Sequence record: SRR31156797_3200
Length of the DNA stretch: 46,649 nt
Direction: 5' to 3' (one strand)
Shown here: in pieces, positions 37,665 to 46,649 of the stretch
Numbering within the stretch: the stretch's first letter is position 1
How the letters are laid out: each line of letters opens with the position of its first letter
Position numbers and translations under genes: made by a program
Notes under the pieces: generated by a model
Database searches by the model: none
What the model was told of the DNA's origin: nothing
Seen by the model: the letters and a program-made list of their open reading frames with translations, nothing else

Positions 37665-38219
37665 ATGCAAAATATCAAACAGCAAATCTTCGATTACAAA
37701 TACAATGGAAACTACCTAAACAATTACAAACAGCTAATTTCTATAATGGAAGAAGTTACTGAACACATAGCAAAGCCGGGCATGAAAACTATGGCTATCA
37801 ACATGATTCTGGAAAGTCGAAACCATAGAATGGGAATGCACTATTCCAAAGGTTATGAGATGGCAAATGAATTACAAAATCAAATTAAACAAACGACCTA
37901 TTCCCTCATCCAGGCACTTCCTGAAAAACTACAACCGGCATTGCATGTTTTAACTGAAAAATTGCTTATCAAGCAACAAGATATTGAGGAACAAAAATAT
38001 AAGGAATGGATCCGATTTGCTGAACCATGGCATTTTTTCATTATTGAAAAACAGCACAGCTCAAAACTTTTTCGTTTAGACTGGTTTCAAAACACCCTTA
38101 TTGAAATTCCAACAGATGAATATTTCAATAAGCGTTTAAAAAGCAATACACAGGGAATATATGAGACAATATATGCTTCAATAAATAGTTACCATATTAA
38201 AAACTGGTTAAACAAATGA
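37665..38219 (+). CDS. hypothetical protein
   Basis: ATG 37665 preferred because GTG 37623 lies inside the hairpin; ATGA overlap with the next gene. Confidence 0.65.
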   Translation: MQNIKQQIFDYKYNGNYLNNYKQLISIMEEVTEHIAKPGMKTMAINMILESRNHRMGMHYSKGYEMANELQNQIKQTTYSLIQALPEKLQPALHVLTEKLLIKQQDIEEQKYKEWIRFAEPWHFFIIEKQHSSKLFRLDWFQNTLIEIPTDEYFNKRLKSNTQGIYETIYASINSYHIKNWLNK

Positions 38220-38728
38220 AACAGATAATATTAATTGTACTTGCTTTATTATGCTTGCAATCTTTTGGTTGCAAATGTAAACATCAGGGTAATTTGGATA
38301 GTTTAAGAGCAAAAAGTTACAGATATGCTGATATAGTGTTTTACGGTAAACTAATTGAAATTGACACCATAAGCTTTACATTTAAATACAGAATTAAGGA
38401 GCTTTTTAAAGGAGATACGAAAGATAGCACAATAACAGGGAAGTACTTTAACAGCTGTTCCTCATTTCCCCAAAGACAAGGAAACTGGATTGTTTATGCA
38501 ACTTATGAGTCTAATGACACCATTAACATTAGTCAATGTAATGCATCAAGAAACGAAAACTTTCCTTATTGCCCTAATTGCCCATTTATTCCGCATCCAC
38601 CACCACCCGGAGCTACAAAACAGCAATTAAAAGAGATTGAAAATTATTACAATACTCTTGAATCCAGAGCGATTGAAGAATTCTTCAATGAACTAGACAT
38701 ACTGCGCAAATGGAGTACAATAAATTAG
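38216..38728 (+). CDS. secreted TIMP/NTR-like protein
   Basis: signal peptide followed by C-K-C, ADIVFYGK strand, further Cys residues, polyproline tract. Confidence 0.6.
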   Translation: MKQIILIVLALLCLQSFGCKCKHQGNLDSLRAKSYRYADIVFYGKLIEIDTISFTFKYRIKELFKGDTKDSTITGKYFNSCSSFPQRQGNWIVYATYESNDTINISQCNASRNENFPYCPNCPFIPHPPPPGATKQQLKEIENYYNTLESRAIEEFFNELDILRKWSTIN

Positions 38729-39058
38729 TCAATCTAATTTCCACGCCTCATTCAACCTCATACTCAACTTATCCTCTGCAGTGGCATGGTATCCATCAGC
38801 CGACATGATTTTATCAATCACCTTTTTACACTTTTTACGTGTAGTTTCATCTGATCCGGCGATGGTTTCAATGGCCTTATCCAGATCCTCGTCCTTATGA
38901 GCTAGAAGATCATCCTTTTTAATGCCAAATTTCTCTGCCCTATTTAATTCTTTACCAGACACCAATTTATCAGCATAAATCATAGCATAGGCTATACGTG
39001 CAATTGCCTTTTGCTCCTCCTCTTGTAATTTTGAAAAGTCGCTTTTGAAAAGTCCCAT
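38729..39058 (-). CDS. TerB-like protein
   Basis: duplicated M..AD......E motif (MIYADKLVSGKE, MSADGYHATAE). Confidence 0.7.
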   Translation of the reverse strand: MGLFKSDFSKLQEEEQKAIARIAYAMIYADKLVSGKELNRAEKFGIKKDDLLAHKDEDLDKAIETIAGSDETTRKKCKKVIDKIMSADGYHATAEDKLSMRLNEAWKLD

Positions 39059-39223
39059 GAGTTTTCAATTTTATTCTATAAAGGTAACTCAATATCAAAA
39101 ACATTACAATAATGTCATATTATTTTTGGGAATTTAGATGTTCTTCAGACTTAAAAATCAAGTCTTTTTACTTATTGATCAATGGAGAAAACACCTTAAA
39201 TTTACAAGTCAATAATACCAACA

Positions 39224-39595
39224 ATGATTTCTTATAGCGTTAATGAAAATACGGGAATAGTATATGCGAAATTTTCTGGAACCATTACATTCGAGGAGCT
39301 ATTTATGCATGTTTCAATAAACGAACAGAATAAAAATTTTCCAAGTAAGCTCAAACTTTTATCTGATGCGACTAATGCCCGTTTATCCATAAGACCTCCT
39401 GAATTAAAACAAATTAAAAATCAATTAGCCATTACGCTAGAGGAGCTTTATTACTTATATGATGCCTTTGTAGTGAGCAAACCAATGGAGACAGCTATAA
39501 CAACTTTATACATGGAAATTGCCAGGCTAAAAAAATACGAGTTTAAAGTATTTTCAAGCATGGAGGCTGCTGAGCACTGGTTATCAAGAAAATAG
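39224..39595 (+). CDS. STAS/SpoIIAA-like small protein
   Basis: FSGTIT, LSD, AFVV and C-terminal F...EAAEHWL pattern. Confidence 0.65.
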   Translation: MISYSVNENTGIVYAKFSGTITFEELFMHVSINEQNKNFPSKLKLLSDATNARLSIRPPELKQIKNQLAITLEELYYLYDAFVVSKPMETAITTLYMEIARLKKYEFKVFSSMEAAEHWLSRK

Positions 39596-39638
39596 TTTTA
39601 CTTTGAATTGTAGATTGGTCACTAGATATTAGTCCAAT

Positions 39639-40469
39639 TTAGTAACGCATCAAAAAACTCACAATATTATCAGCACTACCCAATTTCATTTTTTTGCGCA
39701 GCCTAAATCTGGCTGTTTTAACCGTTCCGACAGATGTATATGTTATAGCAGCTATTTCTTTTGATGCAAGATTCAGTCGTAAAAGTGCTGCCAATTTTAA
39801 TTCAGCAGGTGTTAAGTCGGGAAACTCACTGGAAATATTTCCGAAAAAATCAGGGTGGATTTTTTGAAAATAAGATTCAAAATGTTCCAAATCATTTTCC
39901 ATATCCTTTTTATCAATCATCTCCAACACTGAATAAATTTCTTCTTTTACTTTTTCTTTTGAATCCTCACTAATAGCCTTTTTAAGTTTTGCAGTAATGG
40001 TTGTGTTAATATTTTTCTTTTCAACCATATGCATCACACTATTTGCAATCTCTTTATCTTTAGCTACTATCAGATTGTAAAACTGTTCAGTATATTGCAA
40101 TAAAGCGTGAATTCGTGCTCTTAACTCCAAAGGATCAATAGGCTTACGAATAAAATCTATGGCCCCTGCAGATAAAGCCTCTTCAAGGTGCTTTGATTGG
40201 GTCATTTGTCCGGTAGTCATAATTACGGGAATTTGCTTCGTAAATGCATCTTTCTTTAATTGATATATCGTTTCAATTCCAGACATTCCCGGCATTTGCC
40301 AATCCATCAGAATTATGTTGGGTTTGTAGGTTTTAGCTACTTTTATTGCATCTACACCATTAACAGCATGTAGAAAATTATAATTCACAGATGTCTTATC
40401 AAGAATATCAATAATTATTTCGATATTATCAGGCTCATCGTCAACGATCAAAACAGTATAAACCTTCAT
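39639..40469 (-). CDS. response regulator, REC plus LuxR-like C-terminal HTH
   Basis: VDDE, MDWQMP, RKP; HPDF...LTPAELKL...KEIA...ARFRLRKK. Confidence 0.9.
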   Translation of the reverse strand: MKVYTVLIVDDEPDNIEIIIDILDKTSVNYNFLHAVNGVDAIKVAKTYKPNIILMDWQMPGMSGIETIYQLKKDAFTKQIPVIMTTGQMTQSKHLEEALSAGAIDFIRKPIDPLELRARIHALLQYTEQFYNLIVAKDKEIANSVMHMVEKKNINTTITAKLKKAISEDSKEKVKEEIYSVLEMIDKKDMENDLEHFESYFQKIHPDFFGNISSEFPDLTPAELKLAALLRLNLASKEIAAITYTSVGTVKTARFRLRKKMKLGSADNIVSFLMRY

Positions 40470-40473
40470 TAAT

Positions 40474-42837
40474 TTAGCCTTTTACAATTTTGTCAATTAA
40501 TTTAATATAGACACTCTTATCTGTTTGATAAAAAGACTTTTTAACTTGCTTTAACCAATCATTATTTGTAATTTCTAATGCCTCCAATTCAAGAAACAAT
40601 CTTCGAAATTTTGAAGTTTCGTTTAACCCAATGGTTCTCAGAGGTTCATAAAATGACAATAGTTTTTTCCGATCTTCTTTTGAAAGCCGAACTTCTTCAT
40701 TATCGGCATCCTGCTTCAAGCTGCCTCTTTGTAGTGGCATTTCAAACTTGACTGTAGTTCCAACTTTTTCTTTTGAATCGATACTAATATTGCCACCATG
40801 AGCTTCAACTGCTCTTTTACAAAATGCCAATCCAATTCCAGTTGAATATGCAACCTTATTATCAGCCTGTGCATACTGGTCAAAAATGGAAGAAAGTTTA
40901 TCACCAGGAATTCCCCGACCATTATCAATAATCTCAAAAACAATCTGTTTGTCTGACTCCTTTCTGCATTTAAATAAAACATTGCCATTCAGATTAGAAT
41001 GATTGATAGCATTGGATAATAGATTACTTAAAATTCTTTCGAATAAGCTTTTATCTGCAGTAATAGACAAAGTATCCTCAAAATGGGTCTCAATATTAAT
41101 ACTTCTTTCTCGACTTACATATTCATATTGATCTGATACTTTCTGCCATACGTGACCAATATTGAACTCTTCAAGCATTAAATTCAAATTAGCTTTCTCG
41201 TATTTATTAACATCTAAAATATTAATTACCAAATTATGCATTTTCTGTGAAGCATATTTAAGCATTTCTCTTTGTTCCCCAAACTCATCTTCTTCAGGAA
41301 GATTTATTAAAGCTGTTAATGGATTTTTAAGATCATGTACTAACATTTGAGTCATATCGTCTTTAAAATCAGACAATGTTTGGATCTCTTCTAAAGACTG
41401 TTCCAAAGCTGCGCTTTGCTGCAATATAAGAGCATTTCTTTGCTTCAATCTTCTTCGACTAATGAAAATTACAATTAGAAAAGCAATCATAACGATACTT
41501 ATTATGATGGCAGCATTAATTATAACATTTTGCTTACTTATTAGAATTTCTTTTGCTTCATTATTCTTTTTTAATAATTCATTTTCATGCGATCTTTCTT
41601 CTGTGCTATATTTAACATTTAACTCATTAATTCGATTTCTTACATTAATACTGCCAATACTGTCAATGTATTTCTGAGCACTGTCTTTATAGCGTAAAGC
41701 ATTCAAATAATTTCCTCTAGAGGAATCAATAAAAGTCTTTATTTGATAAGCATCGGTGAGAATTTTTATTTTGCCGGTTTGATGAGCCCATTGTATAGCA
41801 TTATTTACATTTTGCTCTGTATTAGTTAGGTTTCTTAATCCTTTATATGAATAGGCAAGTGTTAAATAAATATTAGGCATAAACTTTTCAGCACCAAATT
41901 CTTTCGCCTTTTCTATAACCGGTTCCAGTGTCTCAATGGCTTTATTATAGTTTTTGATATTATTATAAAGTACAGCAATGTTTACACCGTTTACAATGTA
42001 TTGAGTGGGGTTTTGAAATGTTTCATTAATTTCTTGAGATCTTCTATAGTAATAAAATGCTTTATCATATTCTTTAATAGTTGAATACAATAGTGCGAGA
42101 TTTCCGGTTGCACCTGCTTCATCAAACACATTTTCACTTTGCTCTGCATATTTAAGGGCTTTTAAATGATATTCTTCGGTTTTTTTATAGTCACCAATTT
42201 TAAAATAAGTAGCTCCCAGATTAGAATAAGCATAGTAGATTAATAACTCGTTTTTAGTTTCTTCAGCATTTCTAAGGCTTTCCAATCCTAATTCAATGGC
42301 TTTATCAAACTCTCCCATTTCTGTATAAATGGGGATTTGCAAACCTATAGCATTAAAATAGGTAGCAGTATCGCCATACTTTAATGATTCCACCTTTGCC
42401 TTATCTATATAATGAAAGACACTATCTTTTTTATTAATGGAATTAAATGCCAAAGCAATATTGAATAGTGACCCTCCTAATTTATGAAGATTTCCTCCCT
42501 TTTTGTAAAGTTTATAAGCTTTGCGAAAAAACTGAATGGCTTTATTCATATCTCCTTTAACCCAAAAATAAGAGCCATAAATATTTTGGGCTTTTGCAAT
42601 GTTAGAGTACAGCTTCAATTCTAAAGATAAACTTTCAGCTTGCCTGGCAAATTCATAAGCTGAGTCCGGATAAACAAATCTCAAATTAGAACCCAGCTCC
42701 AGCAATGCATTAATTTTTACCGTATCAACGTTTGAAGTTTTTATTACATTAATCAAACTATCATTATTTTGGGCTTTTATTTTAGGCAGTATTATAGAAA
42801 TCAAGAGGAGCAAAATGCAGACGATAAACTTTTTCAT
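40474..42837 (-). CDS. TPR-sensor histidine kinase
   Basis: signal ending IKA-Q, multiple TPRs, TM, VHDLKNP, NLLSNA, STGIGL. Confidence 0.92.
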   Translation of the reverse strand: MKKFIVCILLLLISIILPKIKAQNNDSLINVIKTSNVDTVKINALLELGSNLRFVYPDSAYEFARQAESLSLELKLYSNIAKAQNIYGSYFWVKGDMNKAIQFFRKAYKLYKKGGNLHKLGGSLFNIALAFNSINKKDSVFHYIDKAKVESLKYGDTATYFNAIGLQIPIYTEMGEFDKAIELGLESLRNAEETKNELLIYYAYSNLGATYFKIGDYKKTEEYHLKALKYAEQSENVFDEAGATGNLALLYSTIKEYDKAFYYYRRSQEINETFQNPTQYIVNGVNIAVLYNNIKNYNKAIETLEPVIEKAKEFGAEKFMPNIYLTLAYSYKGLRNLTNTEQNVNNAIQWAHQTGKIKILTDAYQIKTFIDSSRGNYLNALRYKDSAQKYIDSIGSINVRNRINELNVKYSTEERSHENELLKKNNEAKEILISKQNVIINAAIIISIVMIAFLIVIFISRRRLKQRNALILQQSAALEQSLEEIQTLSDFKDDMTQMLVHDLKNPLTALINLPEEDEFGEQREMLKYASQKMHNLVINILDVNKYEKANLNLMLEEFNIGHVWQKVSDQYEYVSRERSINIETHFEDTLSITADKSLFERILSNLLSNAINHSNLNGNVLFKCRKESDKQIVFEIIDNGRGIPGDKLSSIFDQYAQADNKVAYSTGIGLAFCKRAVEAHGGNISIDSKEKVGTTVKFEMPLQRGSLKQDADNEEVRLSKEDRKKLLSFYEPLRTIGLNETSKFRRLFLELEALEITNNDWLKQVKKSFYQTDKSVYIKLIDKIVKG

Positions 42838-43021
42838 ATCACAGTATTTCCAACAAATTTAGTCTAATAAATTTATATAACCTATACTTTTATAGCCACT
42901 AACACAATGAATCAATAGTATTCAGATTTACATTTTCGCTATTTGTTTTTCCCAATGCTGTAATCTTTTATAGACTAACCACATCAGTGGGTTAACAAAT
43001 CAATAACGCACAAAAACCTCC

Positions 43022-43043
43022 TTGCTAACCTATTGCTAACCTA
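43022..43043 (+). promoter_or_regulatory. tandem 11-bp direct repeat, candidate activator site
   Basis: TTGCTAACCTA x2, about 30 nt upstream of a non-canonical -7 box TATAATTG. Confidence 0.5.
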
Positions 43044-43116
43044 CTTATCGAAACTTAAGGTCTGTTGGGCAGTATAATTGCAAACAATCAAAGGAAATAA
43101 TTAATCAAAAAGACAT

Positions 43117-46100
43117 ATGGATTCTATATCTAAACGCATCATTCTAATAACAACACTGGTTTTCAGTACTTTAACCATATTTGGTCAAACACCCGGATTA
43201 ATCTATAAACCAGCAACAGGTGCTGGTGCTGCCATTCTTGATCCAAATGGCGATGGGTATACATCGTTAACCACTTTTGGGTTTGAAAATGATGATTGGA
43301 CTGAAAGTGAAATTCCTTTTGTTCCAATTCCTCAGCCAATGGTAGAGCCAACAAGCGATTTGGGTCCCGGACCCGATTGTAGATTTACTGATTTTGTAGA
43401 TACTGGAGATGAAGAAACCTGGTACAGCTTTCTGGATGCCTTTAGCAATTGGATATTTCGGATAAGACTTGGGGCTACAGCTCCTAACTCAAAAGGTTAC
43501 GCACTATTTATCGATACCGATCAAAAATTTGGTTTTGATGGCCCCAATGCAGATCCCAACGCTGTTTCAGGCAATCCCGGTTTCGAAATAGAAATAAACT
43601 TACAAACTAATTTTGGTGTGGCCATTTATGATATTGATGGAACTCTTGATGGCACTGAAATTGGTAATCGTGAAGTTGACAGACCATATGAGCAACATTG
43701 CCAGAAATCGATAGCTTTAACAGAGAATTGTGGAGACCCTGACTATTTTTATGATTTCTTTTTGAACTTTTCAGATATTACAGCCGCTTTTCCAACCATT
43801 ACTCCCTCCACTCCATTAAGAATGGTTTTCGTAACTGTTATGAATCCAAACATGGGAATTGGAAACAACGCACTATCTGATATTGGTGGAATTGACGATA
43901 ATGCATACGGATACAACCTTGACTTAATATTCGATGAAATAATTGGTAACCAAACACCTACCAGTCCATCTGATGCCAATTCCGGATTTGAAGACCGCAC
44001 GGAATGTCCCACGATCACTGAAGCAAATCCTAATACAGGAGTAGTTTCCGGAACATCAACAGAGGCTGACGGAACAGTAATCACAGTTTATGAAGATGGA
44101 GTCGATATAGGTTCAACAACCGTTACTGCAGGAACATGGGCACTTTCAGGACTTTTACTCACTGAAGGACTTGAAATAACAGCAACTGCTGATGCTGTTG
44201 ATAAAGGTGTTTCGATTGACAATTGTAGTTCAATGATTGTATCCGCAACATGTACGGATCCATTAGCAGCAGGAACCGTATCTTTATGCGGAAACGGGAA
44301 AGGATTTGTAGGTGATATAGGTTCAGGAACTGCTGGTGCAAGCATCATTGTAAGACTTGATGGATCAATAGCCGCGCCCGGAGCAGGAACACCTACAGTA
44401 ACCGTGGCAGCGGACGGAAGTTGGTTTTGGTCATGTAACAACAACTCTTCTTGTGGAACAGGTTCTCCATGTTTGGGAGGTTATAATGCAAGTGGAATAG
44501 GAACATTTGTAATTACCCAACAAGTTGCCGGTCAATGCGAGTCTGCACCCAGTTTTGTATGTTTCGGGACAACAACAACTTCGGCGGATGTTACGGGTGT
44601 AACAAATCCGATAACCACCACCACAAGTACTGTAAGCGGTAGCGGGGTTAGTGGCGCACAAATTTTCATGTATATTGATAATGTTTATTATGGAAGCACA
44701 ACTGTTTCAGGTACAACATGGAGTTTTAATGGCCTAAACCTTAATGAATGCGAAGAGCTTTCATTCATTCAATTGGAGCCAGACAAATGTCCTTCAAATA
44801 CCGTAATTGGAGGAACTGTTGAGGGTTCAGCATCATCAAATGCACCTACAATAACAAGTTCACACTGTATATCAAGTCCAACTACCGTAACAGTAACCGG
44901 TAGTGCAAATGAACAAGAAAATACAGTTATAGAAGTTTTCAAGGCCGGAGCAGTATCGCAAGGAACCACCACGTTGGATGCTTTTGGAAATTGGAGCATT
45001 GATGTTTCAGTAACTGCAGGAGATATTATTTTTGCCACGGCAGAAAACCTAAACTATTGCGAATCTGTAAGTGATTATGGTGACACAATTACCATTGGCA
45101 CAGCCTCTACTAATGCCGCCGCAATTACTGGAATATATACTGAAGGTGATGCTATTGTAACCGGAACAGGCGTTTCTGGAGATACCGTTAGATTATATAT
45201 CGACGGATCGTTGGTTTATTTTGATGCTCAGGAAACTATCCCGGCCAAAGCAAAAGTTGACGGTACTGGAGCATGGACTATTTCAGGTCTTCATAGTAAT
45301 GCTCTATATGCCGGCGGAATATTAACTGTTACCACTCAAACTGGCTCTAATTGTGAAAGTGCAGAATTTGATTCAAATGTAGTACAGTGTAATGCACCTT
45401 CAACAACTAATGATTTGGAAGCAATTGAAACTGAATATTGTGCAATTATTGAAAATGCTGAATTTACGCTAAAAAACTCAACACCATATGTAATCTACAC
45501 TCCGGTTCTTGCCAGCAACACGGACAGTATTATTGGTTACTCAACACTGGGAACCGGTGGAGATATTCAACTTACGACCATAGCCCTTACAGACAATCCG
45601 ACAGATGTTAGGGTAAAGGCAGTAAAAATATCAAGTTTAACATGTGAGTCAATCAATGATAGTACATTATCATTGAGCATTTATCCACTACCCGATCAAA
45701 CTTTAAATGTAACTGAATCAGCGGCAGCTATTTGTCCAAATGATTCAATAGTTATCACCATTGAATTGGCAGAACAAGATATTACCTATTATTTATTGAA
45801 TGAAGATAATGGAGACACCATTGGTGAAAGCGGAATAGGTGCCAATGCAAATCTTACATTAAATTCAGGTCCTGTTGCATCTACAATGACAATTCTTGTA
45901 AGAGCAGTAGATGAAACTAAAGTTACACAATGTGGAGCAGATCTGGATGACGAAGTTATTTTGACAGTTGCTGGTCCTTCAGTAGATCAAAATGTAACCA
46001 TTGACAATGCTACTATTTGCCCATCAAATAATGTTACCATAAGTGTATCAACCGTAAACGACGGATACTCATATCAAATATATCAATCCTCAGATAACTC

Positions 46101-46649
46101 GCCATTAGGAACAGCATTTATTGGTGATGGCACCATAATTTCCAGGATAGATAACAGCGTTACGGCTGATGAAAACTATTATGTGGAAATCACAGGAGCA
46201 AGTTGTACTTCAAGACTAACAAATGAAGTTTCAGTAACAGTTAATCCTTTGCCAACAGCAACAACCAGCGGAGGAGGAACAGTATGTGACGACGGCAGCA
46301 CAACAAGTGTTAACATCTCATTTACAGGAACATCACCCTGGAATTTCACTTATACAGATGGTGTCTCAAGTTACATCATCAATAACAATACAGACAACCC
46401 ATACGTCATCACCACATCTACTGCAGGCACCTATGAAGTTACAGCTATTACGGATGCAAACTGTACAGGAACAGATTTTGGATCAAGCGCAACGGTAACT
46501 GTAGAATCATGTGTTCCAGTGATAGTAGATGCCACCACTTCTATTGCTGAAAATGCATCCAACGGCGATGCAGTTTATGATGTGAATGATGATAATACAG
46601 GCAATGACACGGATGTTGGCGGAGAAGCAATAACTTATTCAATTACAGG
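43117..46649 (+). CDS. large secreted adhesin-like protein with Ig-like repeats and a cadherin-like domain; 3'-truncated by the window
   Basis: frame translated by hand with no stop to the window end (1177 codons); signal MDSISKRIILITTLVFSTLTIFG-Q; repeats such as VSGT..I.VY.DG..GSTTV..GTW; ends SIAENASNGDAVYDVND...DTD. Confidence 0.9.
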   Translation, partial: MDSISKRIILITTLVFSTLTIFGQTPGLIYKPATGAGAAILDPNGDGYTSLTTFGFENDDWTESEIPFVPIPQPMVEPTSDLGPGPDCRFTDFVDTGDEETWYSFLDAFSNWIFRIRLGATAPNSKGYALFIDTDQKFGFDGPNADPNAVSGNPGFEIEINLQTNFGVAIYDIDGTLDGTEIGNREVDRPYEQHCQKSIALTENCGDPDYFYDFFLNFSDITAAFPTITPSTPLRMVFVTVMNPNMGIGNNALSDIGGIDDNAYGYNLDLIFDEIIGNQTPTSPSDANSGFEDRTECPTITEANPNTGVVSGTSTEADGTVITVYEDGVDIGSTTVTAGTWALSGLLLTEGLEITATADAVDKGVSIDNCSSMIVSATCTDPLAAGTVSLCGNGKGFVGDIGSGTAGASIIVRLDGSIAAPGAGTPTVTVAADGSWFWSCNNNSSCGTGSPCLGGYNASGIGTFVITQQVAGQCESAPSFVCFGTTTTSADVTGVTNPITTTTSTVSGSGVSGAQIFMYIDNVYYGSTTVSGTTWSFNGLNLNECEELSFIQLEPDKCPSNTVIGGTVEGSASSNAPTITSSHCISSPTTVTVTGSANEQENTVIEVFKAGAVSQGTTTLDAFGNWSIDVSVTAGDIIFATAENLNYCESVSDYGDTITIGTASTNAAAITGIYTEGDAIVTGTGVSGDTVRLYIDGSLVYFDAQETIPAKAKVDGTGAWTISGLHSNALYAGGILTVTTQTGSNCESAEFDSNVVQCNAPSTTNDLEAIETEYCAIIENAEFTLKNSTPYVIYTPVLASNTDSIIGYSTLGTGGDIQLTTIALTDNPTDVRVKAVKISSLTCESINDSTLSLSIYPLPDQTLNVTESAAAICPNDSIVITIELAEQDITYYLLNEDNGDTIGESGIGANANLTLNSGPVASTMTILVRAVDETKVTQCGADLDDEVILTVAGPSVDQNVTIDNATICPSNNVTISVSTVNDGYSYQIYQSSDNSPLGTAFIGDGTIISRIDNSVTADENYYVEITGASCTSRLTNEVSVTVNPLPTATTSGGGTVCDDGSTTSVNISFTGTSPWNFTYTDGVSSYIINNNTDNPYVITTSTAGTYEVTAITDANCTGTDFGSSATVTVESCVPVIVDATTSIAENASNGDAVYDVNDDNTGNDTDVGGEAITYSIT

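Noticed and set aside
3792-41677. Numerous 60-120 aa ORFs nested in or antisense to long genes (e.g. 8125, 9277, 11193, 21069, 27387, 31680, 40716)
   Set aside because: Fully overlap well-supported CDSs and show no recognisable motifs
43163-46498. Short ORFs in the track (43163, 43749, 44088, 44159, 44431, 44769, 46286)
   Set aside because: Antisense or out-of-frame shadows of the long + strand gene starting at 43117

Overview
AT-rich chromosomal segment from a Bacteroidota bacterium. The assignment rests on repeated TAnnTTTG -7 promoter boxes, a T9SS cargo protein, a PorP/SprF protein and an S46 peptidase. Housekeeping genes (metG, cysC, rlmN, ComF, YraN, LD-carboxypeptidase, acyltransferase, patatin, DPP7-type peptidase, an rsgA paralogue) alternate with accessory secreted proteins and dense signal transduction: five histidine kinases and three response regulators. 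No transposase, integrase, CRISPR array or rRNA was seen. The strongest candidate for an undescribed system is a four-gene cassette at 32762-35520. It encodes a cytoplasmic, apparently internally duplicated protein ending in PCPPYC, a stand-alone ~7-TM membrane protein, a single-TM histidine kinase with no sensor domain, and a NarL/LuxR regulator. AGGG/CCCT boxes and a candidate target gene follow it. Other highlights: (1) a >1177-codon secreted Ig/cadherin-repeat gene starting at 43117, absent from the ORF track because it runs off the window and divergent from a TPR kinase/REC-LuxR pair; (2) a leader-peptide/hairpin attenuator candidate upstream of the rsgA paralogue; (3) a kinase with an FG-GAP-like Ca-binding sensor. 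All calls come from reading motifs by eye; no database search was run.
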